Below, in pieces: positions 37,242 to 48,538 of a stretch of DNA of 48,538 bases. A program made the translations under genes and the position numbers. Below the pieces are notes generated by a model, which was not told where the DNA came from, ran no database searches, and was given only the letters and a program-made list of their open reading frames with translations. Within the stretch, counting starts at the first letter, position 1. Every line of letters begins with the position of its first letter. The stretch is from Toensbergia leucococca (taxonomy: Eukaryota): positions 1-48,538 of the forward strand of contig JALDZS010000177.1 of assembly GCA_022813965.1 (NCBI GenBank). Reading direction: 5' to 3'.

Positions 37242-37501
37242 ACACCTTTTTTTACAGAGTTACATGCAATGGTCTGGTAGGGAGGCCTTTTTGAGCCGGA
37301 GGTGGGGAGAGAGGGTTTAGATAAATAGCTCTATCTATGCTCATTTTGCAACCCCATTACTCGTTCTCCCTCTTTGTGCTTTTACTCTTCCCATGGAAGT
37401 CGAGCATAAATTAAACCTAACTTTTTTGGAATCGAACTTTGAGGCCCCCCCTTTTTTTGCCAGGTGAGGTTGTTTTTGTTTTTGTTTCTTGCTTTTGATC
37501 T

Positions 37502-37550
37502 GGAGCTGAGCTGGAGCTGGAGCTGGAGCTGGAGCTGGAGCTGGAGCTGG
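37502..37550 (+). repeat. (GGAGCT)n hexanucleotide microsatellite
   Basis: ggagctgagctggagctggagctggagctggagctggagctggagctgg. Confidence 0.9.
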
Positions 37551-38864
37551 GATTGGAGTGTGTTTGAAAAGCTGAGAATGAGATCAAAGCTAGATTAGCA
37601 TATCCCCCCATCCGCAGGTCCTTAACCCCGAGTCTCTGATAGTTGCAATCCTTTGCCCGCCTTAGAATAACTCGTTCGTTCTTATTAGAAGTCCACTTTT
37701 TTCCCCCGCCGCTCCCCGCTCTTTGCCCTCTTCCCAGGGCATACCACTTTAGCGGATGTGGTTTTCATGTATCTATACATTGTTTGAAGATTGATTGTTT
37801 CGTTTCCTTTTTGCCAAGGGGCTTTTAAATTTTCTTCTTTCAAATGTTGTCTTCTTTTATAGCCTACCTCACGCATCGACAAACATCACGAAAGGCCCAT
37901 TGACATGTAGGTTCTCTATATCTGGAATCCCTCGTATCTGTAAAGAACCATGCCTGTCAAGAAGGTGGTGTGCAGTTACGAACGTTATCAAACGTAGAGA
38001 GATAACGGGGCTTGGGTATTGCGGTACTATGCATCTAGAAATGGGGGCGATTGATGTTGTGCCTGAAGACTGTCTCGATTCCCTGTGTCTTCGGAGACAT
38101 GAATTTGGGGAGAGGTGCTGGGGGGTTTCTGGAGAACTTAGGACATAGATACCGGCCCAGTGAAAGAATCTCTCTACACCAAGAGCGAAGTAGATATCCA
38201 AAGCGAGAAGTTGGTGACAAGAAGAGCGTGGCTGGACACCAGTATCATGGTATTCGACACTGTGTTGGCGGCCCAACATCAGAGATTCTTGATCTGGAAA
38301 GAATCGTCAGACGTGGCATCATGAGAATCCTGTAAACGTCGTCGGTACCTAGTAAACTTTGAATTTTTCAAAAAAATCTCTCCTTAGCCTCTCTCCCTTT
38401 TCTTCACCACGGTCCCAACGACGTAGCAATCTTCTTGGGATTAAATATCCAATAATTCCTCTCAGATGTCCGATTGGGGCCTTAGGCTGCTTTAACAGGC
38501 ATTCATCGCATTGTTTCAGTGACTGGTACAGCTGAGGCTAATGGCGACTGCCTTTAGATCGCGATCTAGCGAAAAGGAGAAATTATAATCATCTTCTCGT
38601 CGATCCGAGTACAGAGTCTTCGTGGGAAGAACTTCTCGGGCCATCAGAGCCTTTTGCACGTGTCGCGCCTTGAGATCAAGCTCTACCATTGGGGGAATGC
38701 GGCCCACAGGATGCAATGCTCAGATATGTTGTCGAATGAAGTTGCTCTGAGGGCTGCTTTCGGGATATCTCTGCAAAGCTCCTCTCCTTCGGCAGCAGGA
38801 GCTGCAGTAGCGGTATGAGAATATGAGTAATCAGCTCTTTGAATTGTCTACACATGCTAGCGCT

Positions 38865-40540
38865 TCATGGTAGGTTTTCGTTGTCATCTCGAGCAAAGTA
38901 AGATAGTACATCCTTGTTACGGCGCAGCCGCTTTCCACTTGATCTCAAAGCATGCTGGGTCACTATTTGATAGTATTTCCCAAGGCTAGAATTAATATCA
39001 GCAGAAAGCCAAGTTAATAATCTGTGACGATGACTTACGGGAGGAGTATTTTTTCACAGTATTCTTCCATGTGTTCCGGACGAAACTGGTCTTTGGATGA
39101 AGTTGAGTCTGGGTCAAGACAATATTGCACTGCCTTGGCGATGGTATCTCGACCAGCTTTTCTTCTCAAGATAGTCAACAGCTCACGAAGTGCTATCCAA
39201 TTGCCTTCAACTAGAAATTTTGCATCATGATCTTCGATTCTTACACCAATTGGTGAAGCAAGCGTCAACTCTGCTAAAGTGACGCCTAGAAGTAGCAACT
39301 TCTCTTTCTCAAGCTCGGTGGAGTGGCAGGTCGGTTGCCAGTGGTCCCTATTGGGCCATTTATAAGCATACCGTACACCAGAATCTGGCAGACGGGTGCA
39401 GCGGATACCACAGCTACATAATTTAGATAACCAAGGTGTGTTCCAGAGTAGGGTAGTCCAATGACCAAGCCCATAAGCCAGATTAGCTCGCTCGACATCA
39501 AAGCTTTTGCGATCGGGTCCAGCGAAAACGCCATCGGCAAGCATTTGTCTTACGGGTCATAAGCGACCTACAGGCTCTTCAAGAAGGCTAAAGGATTCAT
39601 CGAGTAAGGATTTTTGCGCTGAATCAGAGCTGTTCGTAATAATCTTATCGATCTTCTGGACAGTAAGTGTCAAAGATTGCTGCAGCTCAGGCTTCTCGCT
39701 TTGGTAGACACGAACCCGCTTGGCTGTCCGAGGAAGGCCTGGGGTTGTTTGTCTTATAGTGAAATCGAAATACATGTCGTCAAATGATTGCCATTGACTC
39801 AAAGGCTGTAAGTCTTCGGGTGGACTCAGCTCTAGGGCCCAATATAAGTAACTCTGGGATGGTAAATGACATGAATACAGGGAACTTCCGAAATTGGAGA
39901 TACGGTCGACAAAGTCCTTCAGATTTGATAAATTCCGTAGCTCCAACCGAGTGACTTTCTTGTTTGGATCTGAATCTTGCTGGAGTCGGAGGTACATCCG
40001 AGAGCACTCTTCGAGTCCTTGGATGTGATCCTTGAAACGTCCAATCTTCTCCAGAAGCGATGTATTGTGGAACAAAGTGAAGCCAATTTTGCGTACTAAG
40101 CGTACATTGTCATGGTGCAGCTATGGGCGGCAGAGAAGATCGGAAACATCGCCATGTATCAGACGACGCCACTCCAATTGATCTTGAGATGACAGAGCCT
40201 GCCTGTTCTCTTCGCTCGATGGTATTTTGAGCAGAATTTTGATTTGTTCAGACAAAGCTACAATCTGTGCAATTCGCATCTGGATGTCATGGAATGCATG
40301 ACTTCCCCAGAAATGAATATACGTCTCTTCTGAAAAGGGTCTCTTACTCAGCCAGAGCCAATGCCAGGCGGTAAGGTGCAGGTGGCTGTCCTGTAATTAC
40401 CAATAGAAGGAGCGTAGACGGCTTTCACATTCCCTGATTTCCTTGACCCTTTCGTCAATTTTTGATATCGTTGCCACGACAAAGGCCAATGTACCAGTTG
40501 CGAAGCCAATGCATGCTAATGCTGAAAGAGGGTCAAGCAT
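38865..40540 (-). pseudogene. HeLo-like N-terminal domain + degenerate kinase-like C-terminal domain; three in-frame stops
   Basis: ATG 40540 MLDPLSALACIGFATGTLAFVVATISKID; one frame continues to 39039 through TAA 40399-40397, TAG 40123-40121 and TGA 39559-39557; C-terminal RANLAYGL..LLWNTPWL..LLLLGVTLAEL..AKAVQYCL..EKILLP; intron about 39038-38987; stop at 38865. Confidence 0.72.
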
Positions 40541-40796
40541 GCTGGGGTTAGTAGTAAAGATCTGACTGGAATAAAAGGACAGTTGGACTCAATGAGGACG
40601 CGCAGTAACCGGGCTCGCGGGGTCAAGGGTCAATAACTCAATATTCTGATATTTTACCATCAACAATAAATACGAGTAATGGTAATTATTTACAGTACTG
40701 TTAGTGAGTATCAAACAGCTCCATCACGGTATCACTACCTACCTTACCTACTCTCCCCTCACAAGTGGCGCCTCATTTGCAGAATCACAAGAGTCA

Positions 40797-43752
40797 ATGG
40801 ATTGGAAGCCAGCCACACTACAAGCATGCTACGAATCAATCCAGGGCCAGCTGACATCACTGCTCGAATCCAGCTTGGATTTGGGCAACGAGGCTGTCGC
40901 GAGCCTCTTGGATGATGTCTTGTTGAGGCAAAGCTTATGGGCAGAAGACATTGGCCTGGAGAATGGAGCACTCAATGAGGTAGATGCGAATGATAGACTC
41001 GCCTCTTCACTTATCCGTCTTTATTTCAGTGACTTTAATATACTACTTAATGAAATACGACAAGCCGTCCAAACATCATCGTCAAAGTGCGTCCAATCGT
41101 TTCTTCCTCAGTCTAGCGTCCTCCTTTGCAGTACTGCCTCTGATGCTATTCCCATCTAAATCTGTTGAGCCCATGCATCTGACAGCATTATATAGTTTCA
41201 CGGAGGTTAACGAGCGTTTATCACTCTTGTCTGAGCTAAATGAAAGATTATGTGACCAGGTAGAAGTCTTCGACGCCATAAAAGCAGGAAGCAAAGCACA
41301 GTGAAGAGCCACCGCTGTAGGCAATCTACGGAATCAGATGCTCGAAAAGAACACGAGTATAGAAGTTCCAGGAAAAGTCGTCCAAGCTCCTGAACAGACG
41401 CTGAACCCTGAAACCCTCGCTGCGGGTCGACCACCTTTTCAAGCCAGAAAGATCGCCAAGGCTGTGACCACGACCTTATCATCGAAGCAGGCCAAGTCAT
41501 CGTTCTCATCTGTTGCTAAGATGCCTCCAATCCCAGTGAGGAGTAGGGGAAGCAAAATGTTCATCACGGAACATCCTCGGGGTCTCAGGACGCTCAGATT
41601 ACGCAATCTCCCGACCAACACCCAGGAAGTGAATATACGAAAATTTCTGAAGCAGTTGTTGCCAGAAGGATACATGGGTGCTGAAATTGGACCTCTTCAT
41701 CACTATAACTTTTCCTCATTACTGCAGACGACAGTATCTTTCCGAGAAGAGATTACCGCCAAAAAGGCAACAAAGTTCGATTTAAAGAATTTAAAGACTT
41801 ACGACTTCGGCATAGAGACGGCTCGACACTCAATTGAGTTTGATGCCCAATTCTTGCGGCTGACAACCATCTATGAGCCGACGTCTAGAGACCATACCTG
41901 GGCTAATATAGAGTATTCGATATCTTCTTTTTCAAGCTCATAGCTATCCTGACGCAATTTTCTTCAATAGTATTATCGCCGTTCATGGGCTTGGTGGTCA
42001 TCCTTGGATGTCATGGGCAGCGAGAAGAAGCTCCGCTACCAAAGAGCCTTATCACACATGGCTTGAAAAGGACCTGCCACCGGCACTAGCAGGTCATGGA
42101 ATCCATCCACGAGTAATGACGTACGGATGGAATTCCGCTACCTGGCTAGGCGGGGCGTTTCAAAGTGCCGAGCAGGAAACCTCCGTTTTCATCGCTGACA
42201 TTCGATCAAGTCGATTAGAGGTAAGCGGCTCATAGACTGCGCGCGTTGCAACGGCAGTACTGATATCCATACCAGTGTCCAGAGCGGCCGTTGTACTTCA
42301 TATGCCATAGTCTAGGTGGAATTTTAGTAAAACAAGTATGTCAAATAGGCGGCCGTTGATTTCCTTACATTCTAACACGTAAAAAGGTAATATTAGGCTT
42401 GAACTCTACTGACAAAGTCGAGAAGATTCCTGTACTGGGCTGTATCTTTTTTAGTACGCCACATAAAATGGTAGGAATGCAATCGATACTGTCAAATATC
42501 AGAGAGACATGGTTGACCAAAGGAACGACCAACTTTGCATTACATAAAGAGCTGGAGACCAAGTCTAAAGATCTTCAAAATATTTCAGATAGTTTTGACA
42601 GCCTTCGAGCCCATAGCGGTTTACACGTTATTAGTTTCTACGAGACAAAGTCAACGAACGACTATCTGGTGAGTTCCTGTTATGAAGAATTCTAGTCTCA
42701 ACTGACGAATCTCGTCTTAGGTTGTTCCAAAGGGATCTGCCATATTAGATCAACAAAGCGATACTAGTATGGCTATCAACGCAAACCATAGGAATATATC
42801 TCGATTTGGTGATAGTGCTAGCTCCGAGCTCAAAGCGGCCATATCATTGATCGCGGATCTCTTTGATTCTACGTTACCTACTTATTACAGGTGTCCAAAG
42901 CAGCACCAGGAGAGCCCTGGTCAAAGTGATACCGATGAAGCTCGTGACAATTCGTCGTCGTCGGACGAAGGCACTGACACAGATAGCCTCTCGTCGTTAA
43001 GTAGCGTATCTTCCTTCAGGGAAGAGGCCCAGCAGCTACATGATCACTTTGAATACCTCGAAAAATTCGATACCATCTTCGTAATCGACGACTCTGCTTC
43101 GATGGCTGGTACTCGCTGGATAGAGGTAAAAGAAGCAGTCATACGATGTGCACGAATTGTTCTGGCCTATGATATGGATGGAGTTGATATATATTTTCTC
43201 AATAGTTCTGCAAACGATGTTAGTAGGGTGCATGCCTTGGAACACATCTGTGCTATCCTCGATAGTGTCCAGCCACATGGGAGTACTCCTATTGATTTGT
43301 GTCTTGATGAAATCTTCTATGAGTACTTGCACAGATTCAAGAAAGCCGGTAGTCTGGGTTGGGTAAAGCCAGTGAACATCATTGTCCTCACAGATGGTGC
43401 GCCAGATGAGGGAATTTGGGATTTGAGACACCTCTTTGTGAGAACGGCGCATGAACTAGAAATCCTCAAAGCCCCTAGACTACAGCTCGGAGTCCAGTTT
43501 GTACAAATAGGAGATGATGAGGGAGCGTCGGCATTTCTGAGTTCGCTGGACGAATTTATTATGAGTGAACATGGCTTGGATCGAGACGTATGAACATGTC
43601 CTACCCTCACAAGAAGTCTACCTTGTTGCTCATGGCTAATGTTGGTCAAGATGATCGATGTCGTCAAGTACGATGCCGCACATGCGGATGACTCGATGTT
43701 CAAGAAAATCCTTCTTGGAAGTATATGGCCTATAGCTTGGGATAAAGATTAG
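40797..43752 (+). pseudogene. Helical N-terminal domain + RRM-like + SesB/SERAC1-like alpha/beta hydrolase + vWA domain; one in-frame stop
   Basis: Introns 41087-41195, 41913-41970, 42221-42275, 42336-42388, 42670-42720, 43588-43650; DIIAVHGLGGH, RVMTYGWNS, RPLYFICHSLGGILVK, GCIFFSTPH, SFYETK, NANHRNISRF; vWA FVIDDSASM, GSTP, IIVLTDGAP, QFVQIGDD; in-frame TGA at 41302-41304. Start codon uncertain. Confidence 0.8.
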
Positions 43753-45665
43753 ATGCCGTTTGTCATGTTCTGCTTCCTGTAGCGAATCGCCAACGACTTT
43801 GACATGATCGAAGAACGCATCCTTGGCGCTCTGCGAGGCGCTTCGTGATTGACTTGGACCTTGAAAATGCTAGAGGAAAGGTTCCATCAATCTCTTATTT
43901 TTGCTCACTATGCAATTTCGAGTCGACCTCGATCTCTCACGGATCTTTTACAGCATACAGACCTCAATATCTTTAACGCATACTTGGCCATATTGGTAGG
44001 ATGAAGCTGCCATGAAAGTCTCTGCGGATATTAGCAGTGCAACATTGTTATTGGATGATGCTATAAACAAACGCGTGCTACGAAAGATCGATTTAATATT
44101 GTTGTCGGTACGTTCAGGCGCTCTTGGAAATGTCTCTACTGACAATCATACTGCCAGCTACTATCTACTGTGGATGCCTTGAACATCCTCGGTAGCAATT
44201 AACGTTTACGAGGCAGATGACTCTTCTTCCGCGGCGTAGAGACCACGCTCTCATATGCTAGCATCATGGGTCTTGAAAGCAACCTCATGGTGGTTGAAGA
44301 CAACAATAGCTGTCGAAAGATTTCGCGTCATTCAAAAAAGCATTGAAAATAATCAATTCCACATCTTGTCAGACGAAAGAGGCGCGTTTCAATCCTCTGA
44401 CCTGGGGTTTTTTTCTTTTGCCTCTGGTTTCTGCTATTCCTAATGGACGCCTCACACATGTCTTTAGTCAGCTGGGTTGTACCGTTCAGCTTCATCCGAG
44501 AGCAAAGTCTACCATGGGCAGCTCCGGGAGGCGCTGTAGAGATTATATCTGTACTGATGTGAATATTCAAAACTCCGCGCTTCAGAAATCAAACCGTTTT
44601 CATGATAGTATGGATGAGCGTTGCTGAATTGAGCATCCTTTTGATAATGATTTTCCCCTTTGTCCAATAATGAAGGCTGGTTGACTGAATACCACATGAC
44701 AGCGACATTTACAACAGGTTCTGTAAATGTGATACTTATTCAACGTTGCAGGGTAAGTATTGACTCCAATTTTATATACACTTGCTTTTACTTACCACTT
44801 CACAAGTACATCAAGAATACAATCATGACAGCGTTATATCTCATAAGATACCGTATCAAAAACATCACCGACATGCCCTTGCAATAATTCTCTCAGAATC
44901 ACATCTACCAAACATCTAAAATTCCACAAATGTATCACCCTGGACATATGAGTAAGGCATCAGAAAATCACCTCCATCTTGTCACTTCAACTGAGCACAA
45001 CTTGATCAACTTCCCATCTCTTAATTATATCAGCAGTGATCAATAAAAAGAGCTACTGTTTAAGTCACAGCCCTTATCCACAAGACAGAAAATCAGGAGT
45101 TGGATGGACGCTCACGGATCGTGAGAATCTCAGAATTTGAGGGTACGATTTGTGGGGAGTACAATTTGAAGTGGGGTGTCATTTCCATGAAAGTTTTTGC
45201 ACCCCACTTGTTTTCACGACTTTTGCTTTGGGGGGTTAGGGGCGAGTATGCTTTATCGACTTGACTCTTGACCTTGAAGGCAAAAAGTCCCGCGTTGATT
45301 GAAACTCTCGTTTTTTGGGGGGGGGGATGGGACGGGAGGGATTTACCTCGCTATGCGGCGTCGGGTAAAAGCATGAGGCTGAGTCTGCCTCGTGCCTGTG
45401 GACCGGGGCTTCAAAGGCTCGAGGGCGAGCATAGCTGAATTTGGAATGCTAGTATCAAATGACGCTTATGCATCTACGCTTTGAGAATTGTGTATCAGAC
45501 CTTGAGGGATTAGTTCCTTCCAACCTCCTCTGGTCAGACTATTTTGACTGATAAAGAAAAAGCACCTGTACTCCTCCTAATGCGAACCCCCCCCCCAAAT
45601 TACATCCCTCCTAAATACGCCCTTTCGAATGCAGACCTCCCAAAACACCAGCCCCTCAAACCACT

Positions 45666-46151
45666 TCACTCCCCATCCTCCAACCCCCTCTTCCTCTTCC
45701 CCCCAGCGCCCCTCTCCAACCCAATCCTCCCCTCCCCAGTATCAAACCCCTTCCTCGCCTCCTTCAACTCCCTCTCCAACCCCAAAAGCTCCCTCACCCT
45801 CCCCCCCATCCCCTCATCCCCCCGAATCGCCCACCGAAAATCCTCGACCTTGATCTTCTGCCTCCGCGACGTGGCGGCCGAGCGCGCGGCAATGTGGCAG
45901 GTTTCGATGATGAAGTCGGTGACGATTTCGTCGAGGGTGCGGATCGTCTCGGGGAGCGGGTGCGAGGTGTCGCCGAAGGCGTAGAGGAGGGAGGAGACTG
46001 GAGATGGGGGGGGGAGTTAGTGGGGTTATTTTCTTTTTGTGGTGGTGGGTGGGGGGGGAGGTGCGCGGGGAGGAGGGGTGGTGGGTTTACGTTCGGATTC
46101 GAAGTTTGCGTGGCCTTTGTGTCGGGCTGCGCGGGCGCGGGGCTCGGTCAT
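45666..46151 (-). CDS. TAF13: TFIID subunit Taf13
   Basis: Exon 46151-46091 MTEPRARAARHKGHANFESE, intron 46090-45998, then LSSLLYAFGDTSHPLPETIRTLDEIVTDFIIETCH..RRQKIKVEDFRWAIRGD..RVRELL..ELKEARKGFD. Confidence 0.92.
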
Positions 46152-47181
46152 CTTTTGGCGGGGGCAGCGTGGTCGTTTTGAGCTGGGAGGGGGGGAGGAG
46201 GAGGAGGTGGAGGAGGAGTGGTGCTGGTGCTGGTGGTGCGAGTGCGGGATTTGGGAGTTGGTTGAGGTGGGGAGGTGGAGGCTGTTTGGCAATGCTTGTT
46301 GATTGGAACTGTAGGCGATGATGGTAGGGGTGTATGCGAAGGAGACGCTTTTGGGGAGGTTGGAAGACTGTGGTTTTGACGGGCGCATGATTGGTTGGCG
46401 CGATTGTTAAGCGCCCTGAGAGCTAGGATGATCGTTGTTCCGAGCTGGATTTAGGTGTTGTTTTTGAACCTCAATTCTCGATATCGAAGGGAACAGAAAT
46501 TTCGTTTCAAGTTGTGACAGACCTAAGAAGTCTGAAGATGGTGAGCTCTAGGGTTTGAATGTTTCGATAATTTGAGTTGGAAATTGACCAAGTGATAGAC
46601 TGCGCTCTTCAATTTCCAATCGCTTCTGCTCGTTCTCCTGCTGCTCATCTGCACAAGCGCCTACGCTCACTATGTATTCCCGGGTATCATGGACCGGAAC
46701 AGAGATGGGTATGTTATTCTTTCTTCACTTCATGTCGGAAAAATGTAGAAAGGTGCTAATGTCAGATTGTGTAGAGTGTTTGGCATATTCTGGAAATGCG
46801 CGAGGATAGGGGAGCGACTGAGTCCTTATGTCAGCATATGTTGTGTCCTCATGGCTGTAAGTACTAGAATATTGGTTACGTTCTTTGTGTTAGCTGAGAG
46901 GCTGACGGAGATGGTAGGCGTCGTTGATGGTAAATTCCTAGGGTTTGAGGGATGGTAGGGCTTAGCAGGCGTTCGGTGTTGATGTGAGGTGTGAATTACT
47001 TGCTACAATACAACATATTCTGTTTACTGCCCTCATGCCGAGAGCCACTAGAGACGCTATGAATATGGAGCTTCTCCTCCCCTTCATCAATCCATTCCTT
47101 GGCTCGTTACCTCAAACAACAACCCCATTCCGTTGCATGTACATTTGTTCTCTTATCATACATCAATACTGCTCATTTGAC

Positions 47182-48024
47182 ATGCCAGAACGTGGAGACT
47201 CTATCAATATGTCTGCCTTCACACCAACAGACGTCGTCTCTCCGGACGACACATCAATCAGAAGCATTACTCCACTACCCATGACACCATCTCATTCCGA
47301 ATCTTTTCCTTTTCTCGAGCTTAGTGCAGAGATCCGGAACATCGTATATGATAATCTTCTCATCATCGACCCACTTACGGCTGAAGGTGCACATCCTCAG
47401 ATACTTGCAACATGCAGCCAGATCAACAATGAAGCATCCGGCATTCTTTACACCAGCGAAAGAATATTATTCCGTGTTTTTCGAGGGGAAATTACCATTC
47501 GAGCTTGCCCACTCCAGCTACCCACAATTATCCACCGTCAGTTTCCGGGACATTTCAATCTTTCTTTCAATATAAGTTCTGAATTCGCACGCTTTCTACA
47601 ATGGGCCACGAACTTCACAATAGACATCGATCACGACATCCACGCCCATTTGTTCGAGGGGTTTGTTTCTGACGAACTTCGTCTGGAAAATATCCATGAG
47701 ATGTCATCCCGGCTATGCAATTTCATGATAGAGAATGTAAAGCCAAGAAGCGTTCGGTTCCAGCTGATGGCCAATGGGCTCTCCGTCTTTGACGACGACG
47801 ACAAAATTAACGTTTTGACCCGTCAGACACATGACTGGTGGCGTCGAAGACTGAGTCCCGAGCGGTTAGATAGACTGTCGCTATTTGAGTACAGTCTTCT
47901 CGAACCTTTTATGGCTCTCGGGCAGATTGAGCACGTTGAATTTGCGGGAATTTCCGAGAATGAGCGCTTCGCAGATCAGTTCAAAGAGCTGGCGAAGTCG
48001 ATGATGGCGCCACGCGGAACATAA
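47182..48024 (+). CDS. Hypothetical protein with N-terminal F-box-like motif
   Basis: FPFLELSAEIRNIVYDNLL..PQILATCSQINNEASGILYT is the common fungal F-box-like signature; start uncertain (in-frame ATGs both upstream and downstream of 47182). Confidence 0.7.
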   Translation: MPERGDSINMSAFTPTDVVSPDDTSIRSITPLPMTPSHSESFPFLELSAEIRNIVYDNLLIIDPLTAEGAHPQILATCSQINNEASGILYTSERILFRVFRGEITIRACPLQLPTIIHRQFPGHFNLSFNISSEFARFLQWATNFTIDIDHDIHAHLFEGFVSDELRLENIHEMSSRLCNFMIENVKPRSVRFQLMANGLSVFDDDDKINVLTRQTHDWWRRRLSPERLDRLSLFEYSLLEPFMALGQIEHVEFAGISENERFADQFKELAKSMMAPRGT

Positions 48025-48538
48025 GATATGCAATGGGAGGGTTCGGTCTGTTAGATTGGATGACGGTACTTTCGTGGAAGTATTTGGATGTTGTTGCGTG
48101 ATTTCACAAGAGAAGTTGAGAAGTCTTTTGGGAGTTGGGAGTATATGTCAGTTACGAAGAGTTTTGTTTTTCATTACTGCTCGTTATTCAGAGTGATAAG
48201 AAGTGTCTGAGTGCGAGCAAGTTCCTGTGAGCTGGCCAGTCAACGGATACTAATCTCACTCCTGATAGTTCTCAACATCAATGCAAACCACTCACCTTGT
48301 CTAAATGTTTCATTAATGAACATTAATGAGGAAGCGTTTCACTGATATAAGAGATGAAAGAATAAGATGAAAAGGACGGCAATGTTGTTGATGAAGAGAT
48401 CAGTCATTTTCATAAATCATCGAGTGCTCTATCAATGATTGCTACCCAGGGTATAAGCGACTAGCAATCACCATGCATATTTGCCAACGCGAAAGCTTTC
48501 AGTAGCACTATATTGACACAATCTCTAGTTTCATCTGA

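Noticed and set aside
43760..45100. Transposon remnant flanking the divergent pair
   Set aside because: AT-richer and ORF-poor, but no terminal repeats, target-site duplication or transposase/RT motifs could be identified by eye.

Overview
Eukaryotic, intron-containing DNA from a filamentous ascomycete (Pezizomycotina-type GT..CTRAC..YAG introns of about 50-60 nt; any finer taxonomy would be a guess). Housekeeping genes: an R3H/SUZ RNA-binding protein (runs off the left edge), a CCHC zinc-knuckle SR-like protein, Cwf18, a PPR protein, a GPI-anchored Cys-rich protein, VPS29, alanine-glyoxylate aminotransferase, a myo-inositol-type MFS transporter, Grg1/Ccg-1, peroxisomal acyl-CoA oxidase, TAF13 and an F-box-like protein. 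Interspersed accessory/defence genes: an intact NLR (SesA/HeLo-like-NACHT-ankyrin), a KP4 killer-toxin homologue, a secreted Cys-rich repeat protein, and a head-to-head pair (HeLo-like + kinase-like; helical domain + RRM-like + SesB-like hydrolase + vWA) in which both genes carry nonsense codons. Most notable: (i) that divergent pair as a candidate cell-death/allorecognition module; (ii) a probable U2-type AT-AC intron that restores the zinc knuckle, competing with an in-frame GT-AG alternative; (iii) an AUG-less upstream in-frame PTS2 signal on the aminotransferase; (iv) about eight sharp C-rich to G-rich strand-asymmetry switches, independent of gene orientation. No rRNA, tRNA, CRISPR array or intact transposon was recognised. 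Gene models were spliced by eye and family assignments come from motif recognition, not searches.
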